From assembly GCF_006345805.1 (NCBI RefSeq), contig NC_043002.1:94178001-94242000 (forward strand): a DNA stretch of 64,000 bases. Reading direction: 5' to 3'. The translations under genes were made by a program, and so were the position numbers. The notes beneath the pieces are model-generated. The model had not been told where the DNA came from. It ran no database searches and worked only from the letters and a program-made list of their open reading frames with translations. Shown piece by piece: positions 1 to 11,850 of the stretch (the stretch's first letter is position 1; each line of letters opens with the position of its first letter). Source of the DNA: Octopus sinensis. Lineage: Eukaryota.

Positions 1-163
1 TAGTCTACTTCATTTAACGATATCATGGTTAATATATTATTAAATTGTATTATTTTGGTTCTTATCTTTAAAGAATAATTTAAAAATAGATTAGCACTAT
101 AAACAAATTTGTGTTGCCGGAAGCAAAATAAAATAGAATGGTCTCCATTATCAGAAGGTTATA

Positions 164-357
164 TAAGGCAGTGAATTGGCAGAAACGTTAGCACGCCGGA
201 CAAAATGTTCAGCGGCGTTTCACCCATCGCCGAGCCGACTTTGCCTTCTAACCTTTCAGAGTCGACGAAGTAAGTACCATTTGAGTATTGGGGTCGATGT
301 AATCGTTAGCCCCATTCCCCCAAATTTCAGGCTTTGTGCCTATAGCAGAAGGGATTA
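164..357 (+). mobile_element. SINE family A (tRNA-derived), degenerate copy
   Basis: Head taaggcagtgaattggcagaaacgttagcacgccgg and central block gactttgccttc...gtcga...aagtacc...ggggtcgatgtaatcg, shared with more than 10 other copies in the window. Confidence 0.8.
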
Positions 358-367
358 TCAAAAGGTT

Positions 368-585
368 ATAAGCATCAAGCTAGCAGAATCATTAGTACAC
401 CGAACAAAATGCTTAACGGCATTTTTTCCGGCTTTTTACGTGCTGAATTAAAATTCCGCCGAGGTCGACTTTTCCTTTCATCCTTTCGGGGTCGATAAAA
501 TACGTATCGGTTGTGCACTGGGATCGATGTAATCGGCTTACTCCTCGCTTATAACTGCTAGCCTTGTACCGAAATTTGAAACAAT
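368..585 (+). mobile_element. SINE family A, tandem second copy
   Basis: gctagcagaatcattag...aaattccgccgaggtcgacttttcctttcatcctttcggggtcgataaa matches the family A core. Confidence 0.8.
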
Positions 586-835
586 TAGAAAATTATACTC
601 GAAATATATAAAAATGTTAGTTAACTAAAAAAAATAAAAATTATGGTAGTTTACAGAATTTATCTTTAGAAATTCAATAATTTAATATATTCTACCGGCC
701 AACTGAGAGTGAACGAAAACAGTTATGCTGTTCAACAACCTGCTAGTTGAGGAACCATATCTCTATCTATACCCCATGACTAAGCTATATCTCCCATACT
801 ACCCATTTCTCTCTACAATGTACTTCTCTCTACAA

Positions 836-1364
836 CAGGGGTGGGAAAACCCCTGCTTGCAGGCGCAATTGTGCCCGTGAGCCCATTTTATTGTGCCCGC
901 GGGCTGGTATACTTGTATGTACAAAATATAGTAAATTTTTCAATTATAAAATTTATACAATATTCGTGTGTCTATTTGCGACAATAGGTCGTGCTTCCAC
1001 TACGACTTAAAACGGTTATACTCGAACTGAAAATCGTCCGGTAATTGCCATCTGAACGGAAATTTTGTTTTCACTATAAAACAAATATTGCGAGGTTTGT
1101 ACCACTCCCTTGAGACCCAATTACACTCTAGCTGAAAAATATGGAATACCTCATAATATAAACGTCCTAAATTCAGTAGTGGCGTTAATGAGAATGTTAC
1201 GCGTTAATTTAATGTCTTAAACTTAGCTTTATTAATGTGTCACGAATTATACATAGATATATACAAGATTCACACAGATATAAGAGTTAGAACTTGTGAT
1301 CCGCTCGCGGACCTTTTTCTTTGGAAATTTTTGCCCGCCGCACTAAAAGGTATCCTCACCCCTG
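836..1364. mobile_element. hAT-superfamily MITE (529 bp)
   Basis: TIRs CAGGGGTGGGAAAACC / reverse complement CAGGGGTGAGGATACC (13/16); perfect 8-bp TSD CTCTACAA at 828-835 and 1365-1372; no ORF. Confidence 0.85.
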
Positions 1365-1674
1365 CTCTACAACATAGCTCTTACTACAATTTATATAGAA
1401 GCCATACCTCGCTAGTAAAAGGTATATTTCCGTTTACAACATACCCTTATCTACAATGTTCTGGTATAGATGAATACTTCCTCTCTACAATCAGCCTGTA
1501 TAGAAGCTGTCGATCGACATACTAGATAATACTCCAAACTCTCTCGACTCAAATCCAACCACTTGAGCAAAGCGCACATTGCATAATTTAATTCTGGATT
1601 CCATTCCCATAACATAAAAAGATGGGATGGTCGCGGATGGAATGCCTTTAAATCATAATTTTTGCTTCATCAGA

Positions 1675-1703
1675 ACAACAACAGCAACAACAACAACAAC
1701 AAC

Positions 1704-1741
<38 letters not shown>

Positions 1742-1757
1742 TAGCAACAATGACAAC
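1675..1757. repeat. (AAC)n/(AAT)n microsatellite
   Basis: Direct reading; explains the poly-Leu ORF 1670-1885. Confidence 0.95.
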
Positions 1758-1976
1758 AACGTGCTGGTATAATATATACACCTCTTCCCAATAAAAGATC
1801 TGTTAGTGTTTTCTGTGAGGTGTGCGCTTGTGTATGCCCACACTTGTATTACAGCGAGCTGAAAAAGAAAAAAAGTTATGCGCACACAAGGTTTTCAAGA
1901 TGAAATCAGATTGTTTTGTAACTGAAGATGATTACTCAAATAATTTGCAAAGAAAGGTAAAATTTGTACAAAGAAG

Positions 1977-2426
1977 GGATCTTTTCGGTTTGAACGGCAG
2001 TTTTTAACATAATTTCTAGGTAACTAAAAAATTTTAAACTTCGTATACTGGTAGAATGTGTTTATAAAACATCTTTTTCTCTTGGCTTTATTCAGAAAAT
2101 TATATAGTTTCTAAGATATTTGTTGTTTTTTTCTTCAATTTCTGCACTTTCAACCAATCACTGATGTCTATTGAGGTAAAAAAACAACATTCTGTGCCGT
2201 ATGAATATGTCCCTCGTTTAAGAAACAGATTGGGTTTATTTACATTTGTGAAGAAAAAAAATACCCTTCCCCCCACCCCTAACCCAAACCCTAACCCTAA
2301 CTAGCCCTAACTAACCCTAACCCTAAAACAGATTGAAATGCAATAGATCGATGCTAGGGTCATAATTATGGGTGACAATTTCATATGACACCGCTAGAAA
2401 AACTGCCGTTCAAACCGAAAAGATCC
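1977..2426 (+). mobile_element. MITE with GG-ended ~30-bp TIRs and 8-bp TSD (Merlin-like), copy 1 (reference orientation)
   Basis: TIR GGATCTTTTCGGTTTGAACGGCAGTTTTT at both ends; TSD CAAAGAAG at 1969-1976 and 2427-2434; internal CCCTAA repeats at about 2277-2325. Confidence 0.9.
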
Positions 2427-2857
2427 CAAAGAAGTTTTCTATACACACACACACAGCAAAAAGTTAGAGAAAACATTCCTGAAATTGTAGAGATTAATAG
2501 CTCAGCAACGCCATCTGCACAACAATTAAATTGGTGTTAACATATTTAATGTGACAAGTTTCAATAAACTCATTGGAACTAATTATGTATTAAGGTAAAG
2601 ATAACACTAGCCCAGTAATTAATATTATTTTAATCACTTCAGCAAGTATGGCAGGCAACATCGGACATGTTTCGATATTAGTAGACATCTTCAGTGAACT
2701 ATAGTTTTTGCTGTACCTGTCAAATTATGTTAATGCTATATTAACACTATTATCAGTAAATATATAACATGTTTTGAGAGGCTCCACTCTGTTTAAAGTA
2801 TTCAGGTCAGGTCTCCAGTCTGCAAATAATTTTCTCTCTTTTTCTCTGCAATCTTAG

Positions 2858-2910
2858 AAATCCCGAAAAAGGTCATGGATGGTGCAACCATTCCTTTTCT
2901 GTCAATATCA
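2858..2910 (+). CDS. Candidate internal exon of an unidentified host gene
   Basis: Strong polypyrimidine acceptor tttctctcttttttctctgcaatcttag; donor CA|gtaaag; all three frames open; phase 0-2 reading KSRKRSWMVQPFLFCQY; no homology recognised. Confidence 0.25.
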
Positions 2911-3189
2911 GTAAAGAAACTCTAACGAAATACATGAAAAAGAAAATAATGAATATTTAATTGTAGAATATTCCAAACAGTCTAACAAATAGTTCGAATA
3001 TAAAGATAATAACAGCGATACCCATAGAGATTCATGCACTTAAATCGCTCATAGTGGTTGTATTAAAACTAACCCTGTCTCGATTTTGACGCAAACAAAA
3101 TAAACGAAATATTTAGAATGAACATAATACCAAGAATAAAAAGAAAGGGAGAGAATTTTCTGAAATTAGACGTTATTTGCTGCAGAATA

Positions 3190-4204
3190 TCTATATATAT
3201 AAAACTGTAGTTGTGTGAGTGTCTGTCCCCTTCGATTTAGATTCCTAACTACTCCCACATTTTGCGGTGTAGTTTAACCAAATTAGGGTATCTTATAGTC
3301 GTGATTCATATCGAGTCCGTCTGGGTATTAGCGCGCGTCTACGACGAGTCTACGATTTAAAAAATAATTTAACATCATTTTTTATTCCATTTTAATGCAT
3401 ATTTTTTCGTGTGTCGATGGCGGCGGAGTTGGCGTCCATGGTCACATCTGCACCTGTGTTGCTTCTCCCCCTTCTTCCCTCCTTCGTGAAGCTGTGGGGA
3501 AGGGAGTGTAAGGAAATCAACGTCGTAATGCGTTGTCAAGGAGACCAGCGTTCTTTTAGAACAACAACTTCATGGCTTGAAGTCGCCAAAACAGAAATCG
3601 CTAAAAAAGCTGAAACAGATCCACAAAAACGGCAAAAACCGCCACACAGGGCAGGTTTCCTCTGCAAACAATTTGCACAACCGAATGTTTTAGTTGTTGC
3701 ACAAATCTTTATATATAAAAGTCAAGTTGTGTGTCTGTCTCCTACGATTTAGATTCCTAACTACTCCCACATTTTGCGGTGCAGTTTAACCAAAACCGGG
3801 TTTCTTATAGTCGTGATTCATATCGAGCCCTTATGAGTATTAGCGCGCATCTACGATGAGTCTACGATTTAAAAAAAAAATTACCATAATTTTTTATTCC
3901 ATTTTAATGCATTTTTTCGCTATTATATAAGGGAAGTAACTCTCTAAAAATGTCTACGATGAGTCAACGATTAAAAAAAAATTACCACAATTTTTTATTC
4001 CATTTTAATGCATTTTTTCGCTATTATATAAGGGAAGTAACTCTCTAAAAATGTCTACGATGAGTCAACGATTAAAAAAAAATTACCATCATTTTTTATT
4101 CCATTTTTAATGCATTTTTTGCTATCTTTTTGCTATAACTCACTAAAAATGCTTATATAGTTATTTCCCTTACAAACCCGAGCAACGCCGGGCGATACTG
4201 CTAG
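3190..4204 (+). mobile_element. Non-autonomous Helitron, composite with two 5' ends
   Basis: A|TCTATATATATAAAA start at 3190; second A|TCTTTATATATAAAA start at 3706; 3' hairpin CCCG-agcaacgc-CGGG (4177-4192) then CTAG|T at 4201-4205; internal ~102-bp tandem repeats. Confidence 0.85.
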
Positions 4205-4865
4205 TAATCCATAAGAGATGGAATAATATATATATCTGATTAGAATTACCCTTAAGACAGCAACTACGATAAATACTCCCAACCAAGGAAAGAAAATCTT
4301 CTCAACCAACGAAAGAAAAGTTATGGCACTATTTGCTGTTGTTTTAAAATCGAAAACCCAGTCAAAACTCAGGCTGAGCTTAAACTTGTGTTCCAGTACA
4401 TGGAGTAAAAAAATACAAGGCTGACCATAAGGGGCTTTGGAAACGATGTGGATGCTTGGCTGGACATTACTTTTGTATCATAGTATGATGGGTGGTTAAA
4501 GCAGAGCTAATGAAATATGATATGTAATCAAAGCCATACCAGAACTGTGTCCAGTAAAAGGGCGCTGAAACGAGAGGCATGAGATTGATGGTACAGGGCA
4601 AAAAGTCTAGTTGCTACGTATGTCGTTGTAAGAGCTTTTTACTTTGCAGAACTTGAAAGTGTCTTTTACTTGAAGAATTTTAACGAAAGTTACCCAAGAA
4701 AATGAGTAAAGAAAGTCATCCAAGAACAACAAGAGCAACAAACTCCAGTTTCCAGGTCATCATCAATCAAAATACTGGGAATGAGGGGAAATTGCATTGT
4801 GCCAGTTCTAGAAACAAGAATGATAGTGGTTTCAAATTTTGGCCCTATGCCAGCAAATTCAGAGA

Positions 4866-5040
4866 AGGTAAGTCGATTAAATCGACCCCAGTGCACAATT
4901 GGTACTTAGTTTTACCGACCCGAAATGATAAAAGGCAGAGTCGACCCCAGGAGAATTTGAACTCAGGACGTAAGGACGGACAATATTACGCTAAACATCT
5001 TGACCAGCGTGTTTATAATTCTGCCAGCTCGCCACCATTA
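4866..5040 (-). mobile_element. SINE family A
   Basis: Reverse complement of family A head and core (aagtcgattaaatcgaccccagtgc...ctgccagctcgcc). Confidence 0.8.
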
Positions 5041-5659
5041 ACACCACTATAATGTTGGGTGACTAGAAATTTGTAGCAGTTGCAAAGGAAATGCTCAAAC
5101 ACTGGAGGAAACACAAAAGCGGGAAACAAATTCCCTCTTGAATTATAAGTCAACTTAAAAAGATTAAATGAAGAGAAGGAGAAATCTCTTCCAAACAACA
5201 ACGGTGCTGCTCGCCAGAAAATTAAAGAAGAAAATAAAGAGAAGGACAAAGAACTGACTTTAACTGTCCTTTGAAAAATTAAGACCGATGACTAAAAGAT
5301 AAATCACATACACAACAACAATCAGTTCACACACCCTATTACGAACAAAAAGATATTAACTACCCAATCATAAGCACAAGCATTAAAGAACTAATGGATC
5401 ACATACACCTACATACAAGTATCACACACAATAACTAACTACATGACGTTAACTAATGGCATTCCATTACACATCAAAGTCATCTCGATATCACAACATA
5501 CAACGTTTTTATGAGAGACAAAATAAAAATGCTACTGAAAGCACCCACATCCAGCCAGAAGGACGAAATACGTCCTTTAATAGGAATAAGGCAATTGGTC
5601 CTTTTTAATCTTTTTTCTTCTGTTCATCATGAATAGGTAGTATGAATGCACAGAATAGG

Positions 5660-6350
5660 TAGCATGAATGCACATAGCTTGGAGTCACCTTGGAAGCAAG
5701 GCCGCCTGCTCGACTACCTCAAGTCACTCGATATATATATGTGGTGACCTGCGAGACCAAAGATTCCGATCCACAAGACTTCATGCCCATTTCTGGTGTA
5801 TACGCAGTTTACTTATGGCCAAGTCGACCAGCAACCATTCAGTATCATGTGTTCGGTCAGTCAAAGCTGTTCCATCTCTTCTGTATGTATTGACTCTTGA
5901 GGTATGATAGCAGAAGTTAGAGACGTTGAGAAGTATCTCGCATGAACCTAGGATATGGAAGAACCGTGTCGGCATACGCGGAAGATGTCACCGTAAAGTG
6001 TTGGACACTAGGCATATCAAAGTAATCAGCGCTGCTGTAAAGGACTATGTGGCTGTGACAGGAGCAAAAACCAATCAAGAAAAGGGGGTGTGCAGTCCAT
6101 GCCGTCCAACAGCGTTGTGGTTTGTTGGACGGAGGGACCGTTTGGATATGGTTTGGTCAAGGACTTTATGTGGAGAAAAATTGGGATGAAATGACTATCA
6201 GAGAAGCCTATCTCACCCAGAAAAAAAGCTGTCGCCGAGAGATCGGGCAGAGGTGGCAAACGCTTACATCGCCTCCGTCATATATTATCGTCTGGCCGTC
6301 GTGCCTTGCCTCAGTTCATAAGTCAGCAATGCTCAGGCATTGAACGATTG
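5660..6350 (+). mobile_element. L1/Tx1-like LINE remnant: endonuclease start joined to RT C-terminal half
   Basis: Frameshifted translation: WKQGRLLDYLKSLDI/VVTCETK (APE start), degenerate SVRQGCPLSP-like then LLYVLTLE, VSAYAEDVT (YADD box), VTGAKTNQEK, RAEVANAYIASVIYYRLAVVPC. Confidence 0.75.
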
Positions 6351-7380
6351 CATGTAACGCCCATTCTTCCGATTTATTTGATAAGGACACATTCCATTGA
6401 TCAGGCGCTGTATTTGCCGTTAACACTCATTGAGTGGGTGACTAGACATGTCGTAACTGATGATGTACAAACACGCACCAAGGTTGCGATATCTTCATCG
6501 TTTCCTTGGCGGTGGTCATATGTGGCCACCGTTTGTTAGACTTGATTTTCTACCTCTCTTCTCTTTGATAGAGCTGTAGTCCTGGATCAAATGTTGACTG
6601 GGACAGGACGCTTGGCACCTAGAGTGCCGTTAGGTGTTCATAGCCCTCGACCAGTCGGGCAATGCGCTCGCTGAAAGTTTTGTTTTAGATTTCTATAGGG
6701 GGTTAGTGGCAAGCAAGAGCAACAACGTTCTCGAGAAGTATCTGGTTGTCGACTAGTGTCAACTGGCTAGTGTATTTCAGAAGAACTTTCGGGACGGAGT
6801 CCTTAAATAATTTCTAGTAATCCCTATCCTGACAGTACTTTCGATTGTTGGGGTGAACTGCCAATTCGAGATAAACTCTATAGGCATGGAAGTACTGTCA
6901 AACGGACCTACCTGAGATGCGCGCAGAGCGACTAAGCTCTTTTACATGCAATCGAGTTATCTTCATCTCGTCAGTGATATACAGGGATGAACAGGCATTG
7001 AACAGGATCTAAGATAATGGATGTGTCTTATGAAGTTATTTTAAACCCCAGTAGTCGCGCATAGGACGACATATCTTTATCTGTCTGATGGTCTTAACAA
7101 AAGGGCTTGTGTGGTGGAGTAGACTGAAAAGGCTGAAGGTAAATACCTTATCATCTTTTTCAAGTTTCATAGGAAGCCATTTAGCCAAGCACTTGCCATC
7201 TTTATCGAGAATCATAGGAAACAGAATTTGAGGGTGAAGAGAGAAGTGCTGCCTTCAAGTAATTTTGCTGAACTGTGGATGAGAGTGGCAAGGATGGTCC
7301 GACTGAAGGAGTTTGCACTTAGTGTGGACCTGTAGATTAGGAGAGAGGGTAGGCAGAGGGTACTTGCCCTACCGGTTAGG
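6350..7380 (-). mobile_element. Degenerate non-LTR retrotransposon fragment (probably N-terminal RT region)
   Basis: GC-richer coding-like DNA with weak PGxDG-, YRPI- and PDQ-like motifs in the expected order on the minus strand; many stops. Confidence 0.35.
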
Positions 7381-7569
7381 AACACCGTAGTTTTGTGGGG
7401 TTTCCACGAGCAGCTCCGGAAGACTTCCCTCTTCTGGCGAAAATATTTCTTTTATTTTTTGGTTTCTGTTATTTTACTGTTTACATCCATTTATATAACT
7501 CTAATATGCATTGTATCCTACTGTACTGCCCTCGATCGTTTTGTAAACTCTTAGTGGTTAATGAGAAAA

Positions 7570-7657
7570 ACGTTGTTGTTGTCGTCGTCGTCGTCGTCGT
7601 CATCATCATCATCATCATCATCATTATCATCATCATCAACATCATCATCATCATTAT
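7570..7657. repeat. (GTT)(GTC)(ATC)n compound microsatellite
   Basis: Direct reading. Confidence 0.95.
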
Positions 7658-7831
7658 TAAGGCAGCGAGCTGGCAGAAGCATTATCATGCCAGGCAGAGT
7701 GCTTAGCGGCATTTCGTCCGCCTTTACGTTCTTACTTCAAATACTGCCGAGGTAGACTTTGCCTTTCATACTTTCCGGGTCGATAAAATAAGTTCCAGCT
7801 TACCCCCTCCCTCGAAATTACTGACACAAGG
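7658..7831 (+). mobile_element. SINE family A, internally deleted
   Basis: taaggcagcgagctggcag head and gactttgcctttcat core. Confidence 0.8.
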
Positions 7832-7834
7832 CCA

Positions 7835-7950
7835 GCAATTTCCTGGGAGCGGGGTAAGTCGATTACATCGACCTCAGTACTCAGCTGGAACTTACTTTAT
7901 CCACCCGGAAAGGATGAAAGGCAAAGTCGACCTCGGCAGCATTTGAACTA
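7835..7950 (-). mobile_element. SINE family A, partial
   Basis: ggtaagtcgattacatcgacc...ggatgaaaggcaaagtcgacctcggc. Confidence 0.8.
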
Positions 7951-7964
7951 AATAAGAACGTAAA

Positions 7965-8209
7965 GACGAAATACCTATTTCTTTACTACCCACAAAGGGC
8001 TAAACACAGAGAGGACAAACAAGGACAGACAAACGGATCAAGTGGATTACATCGACCCCAGTGCGCAACTGGTACTTAATTCATCGACCTCGAAAGGATG
8101 AAAGGCAAAGTCGACCTCGGCGGAATTTGAACTCAGAACGTAACGGCAGACGAAATACCGCTAAGCTTTCTGCCCGGCATGCTAACGATTCTACCAGATC
8201 GCCGCCTTA
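7965..8209 (-). mobile_element. SINE family A, full length
   Basis: Complete reverse-complement copy from tatttctttactacccac to gccgcctta; B-box-like GAGTTCAAATTCC on the minus strand. Confidence 0.9.
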
Positions 8210-8452
8210 ATTGACTAAAGTAATACTGAAGAAGATTTTGTAAATAAGTGAAGTTTCTTACTCCTTAAATAATTTCTTAAGTTGAAGACGCAAGTAAAAG
8301 ATGAAGTAAAAGTTTTGATTTGAGTTTCCTTATCTAATCGCTACTAATACGAAATTGTAGCATATAAATGACAATATAGAAATACAAACTTGGTTCGGTA
8401 GTTATAGCTTAAGATTTAAGCGTCAAATTTGATATTAAAACACAGTTTTTCA

Positions 8453-8884
8453 GGATCTTTTTGGTTTGAACGGCAGTTTTTTCTAGCGGTGTCATATGAA
8501 ATTGTCACCCATAATTATGACCCTAGTATCGATCTATTGCATTTCAATCTGTTTTAGTTAGGGTTAGTTAGGGTTAGGGGTTGGGGGAAGGGTATCTTTT
8601 TTTCTTCACAAATGTAAATAAACCCAATCTGTTTCTTAAACGAGGGACATATTCATACGGCACAGAATGTTTTTTTTTTTTACCTCAAAAGACGTCAGTG
8701 ATTGGTTGAAATTGCAGAAATTGAAGGAAAAAAACCAACAAATATCTTACAAACTATAGAATTTTCTGAATAAAGCCAAGAGAAAAAGACGTTTTATAAA
8801 CACATTCTACCAGTATACGAACTTTAAAATTTTTTAGTTACCTAGAAATTATATTAAAAACTGCCGTTCAAACCGAAAAGATCC
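8453..8884 (-). mobile_element. Merlin-like MITE, copy 2
   Basis: Same TIRs; perfect TSD GTTTTTCA at 8445-8452 and 8885-8892. Confidence 0.9.
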
Positions 8885-9711
8885 GTTTTTCATTCCGCAG
8901 TTGCAGAAAACCAGCCGAATGAAAATGCGAGGTTAATTTACCAATAATTATCCGAAGAAGTTTGAAAAGTATAGCAGGTTAAAAGGCTAATATAGAACAA
9001 AATCAAATTCTCATGTCGCAGCATATTTATTATAATAACTATCTCATAGCAAAAGTCATAACAGTAAGTTTTATTAGTTTTTAAAACCTTCGTGAGTGTA
9101 AATTAGCAAATTCCCTTGCTTTGTCCACCAGAAAAAGACATCTTTACTCTCTGTAACATATTAATGTCCAGCAGCTTTGAACATGCCATTCACTTTTATA
9201 GCTAATAGCATGGTCATGTTCTCTTCGACTTACTCAGTTTCATTGCCCTTTTCAATGGGAAACATTCCGTTTAATTATGCCGCAGCTTCTGATCAATACA
9301 GCTGTGTCATCTCTTGATTAGAAACATTGATTCCGAGTAACTGTTGAATTGCATCGGTAGATTTACGATATGCATTAATTTTGTCTAATCTGACAACAGA
9401 TTTATCACAGAGTATCTCTGTAATATGTACACTGCATGCGTTAAGTAACAAGGTTATATCAAGAGACAAGAACAGATTTGGGCTACTCTCCGAAAACAAT
9501 CCCGTAATCTAACTAAAAGAATACATGTACCCTACAAATTCGCTCGTGATTATTGTGGTTTATCTCCGGTTCGGCTTGTGATTGATTAGACCTATGATAA
9601 TCGGCATTCTTCCTTTTTAAGACAGTAAAGTGTGGTTTGAAATAAATTTAGCTGTTATTTTTATTAACTTGTATGTCGCTCTAGATGCGAACATGTCCTA
9701 CACTACTACAT

Positions 9712-10024
9712 GTGGAGGCATATGGCCTCGTGGCTAGAGCAGCGGACACGCGGTCGAGGGATCGCGGGTTCGAATCTCAGACCGGGCGATGTGTGTGTTT
9801 ATGAGCGAAACACCTAAGCTCCACGCGGGTCCAGCAGAAGGTAATGGCAAACTTCTGCTGACTCTTTCGCCACAACTTTCTCTGACTCTTTCCCCCTTGC
9901 ATCTTGCAGCTCACCTGCGACGGACCGGCTTTCTGTCCAGGTGGGGAACCTATACGCCAATGAAACCGGGAAACCGGTTCTTATGAGCCAGGCATGGCTC
10001 GAGAAGGAACAAACAAAAAAAAAA
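9712..10024 (+). mobile_element. SINE family C (tRNA head, poly-A tail)
   Basis: A-box TGGCCTCGTGG, B-box GGTTCGAATCT, A-rich tail; 12-bp TSD ACACTACTACAT at 9700-9711 and 10025-10036. Confidence 0.9.
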
Positions 10025-10499
10025 ACACTACTACATCGTTTTCTAGTTGCTGAGATTTGCGCAACTGATTGAGCTATGCTATATACTGTTCAACTTGATT
10101 ATCACTTTGCTCATTCATGTATCAAATGTATACCATACTGCCATAGTAATACTGAGAAAACATATTAACACACCTCATTTCTGGGTTTTCCTCAATCTTC
10201 GTAAAGAATATATAAATGTTAGTACGAAACAATAACATCGGACAAGATTCGGTACGGAGATTCTTGATTTTATTTAAACAATTGGGAGTGACGCATAATG
10301 AAAGCGTTATAAACTCTTGACTTTATTTTCATAATCTTAATTAATTCAACAAATATTATTCAACGCAATTAAACCCAACGCACATCCTGTTTAACTATTC
10401 TCGTCTTCTCTTTCCTCGTTACTCAAATAAAATTCATAGCCACTACACTTCTACGATATTTTCACACGCACACGCACGCACGCACGTACACACACACAT

Positions 10500-10710
10500 T
10501 CTTTTATTCATTTACTCGTTTCAGTTATTTGGCAGTGGCCATGCTGGAGCACTGCGTTTAGTTGAACAAATCACCCCCAGGACTTATTCATTGTAAGTCT
10601 AGTCTCTTAGGCTGAACCGCTACGTTATGGGGACATAAACACACCAACAACGGTGTCAAGCGATGGTGGGGGGACAAACACAGACACACAAATACATACA
10701 TACACACACA

Positions 10711-10790
<80 letters not shown>
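10500..10790 (-). mobile_element. SINE family B, 3' half
   Basis: gtggccatgctggagcac...gacataaacacaccaac...gtcaagcgatggtggggg followed by (AC)n, as in the copy at 15672. Confidence 0.8.
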
Positions 10791-10808
<18 letters not shown>

Positions 10809-11596
10809 TTCTGTATGAGTTAGAGGTTAAAAACCGTCTAAGAGATATTAAATATCCAATATACTACTGGATATGTAGCTAATTATTCATAACCAAGTGC
10901 TTACTATTGCATGGCAATATCGCAATTCAGTATTAGGTATGGGTGGGGGTAAATTAGAAATTTTCCCATGATTTATAAGGCAAATAAGAAATGGAGAGGA
11001 TATACAATCGACAAACATCAGCCAGTAAACATTCAATTATATCTATTTATTAAATGATTATAAACATATGTATGAGTGATACAAAATAATGAATTAATTA
11101 AAACAATAACTGCAAAAACAGATATACACACATACACGCGCGCACACGCACACACACACACACACACATAAACAAATGAATAATAATAGATGAGTGTACA
11201 GGTACTAATTCCTTACGGCCGTTTCTACCGTGAGGCAACAAAAACTTCCAACTTCCAAGTTATCTTCATTCCGTTTTTAAATATTAGATGACCAATTAGG
11301 TTGTAGGATTAACTCTGACCTCACCCCACTACATATAGGGGTGTGGGATTAGGTTTCAGTCAATAAGTAACTAATATTAGCATAGCATTTAGGCTTCACC
11401 CAATTTTCTTTCATCAATATACTCATGTATTAAATCTCTCCTAATGGGTTTAATCCAAGTTATTTCTGCCAACTCCTTTTATAATTATCGGTAACTGTCA
11501 CATTTGGATCCCACTAACCAATAGTTTAATTTCGTTTCCTATTATAATTTTCCTTATATCTGCAAGTTTTTCTATTTTTTTAATTTAGCATTCCCT

Positions 11597-11850
11597 GGAG
11601 GCGTGTGGCTTAGTGGTTAGGGTGTCAGCATCATGATTGTGGTTTCGATTCCTGGACCGGGCGACGCGTTGTGTTCTTGAGCAAAACACTTCATTTCACG
11701 TTGCTCCAGTCCACTCAGCTGGCAAAAATGAGTAACGCTGCGATGGACTGGCGTCTCGTCCAACTGGGGAACATATACGCCATTGAAATCGGGAAACCGA
11801 GCCCATGAGCCTGGCTAGGCTTTAAAAGGGCGCATTTATTTATTTTATTT
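11597..11850 (+). mobile_element. SINE family C (tRNA head plus CORE-like block)
   Basis: A-box TGGCTTAGTGG, B-box GTTTCGATTCC, block gtgttcttgagcaaaacac...gttgctccagt, (TTTA)n tail. Confidence 0.85.

Noticed and set aside
2277-2325. CCCTAA repeats as a chromosome end or fusion site
   Set aside because: Short, degenerate and internal to a MITE present five times.
4650-4870. Apparent exon ending in a perfect AG|GTAAGT donor
   Set aside because: The donor is part of the SINE A reverse complement, and frames from the upstream acceptor contain stops.
11430-11560. LVGSKCD on the minus strand, resembling the small-GTPase NKxD motif
   Set aside because: Short match flanked by stops, with no P-loop or DxxG nearby.
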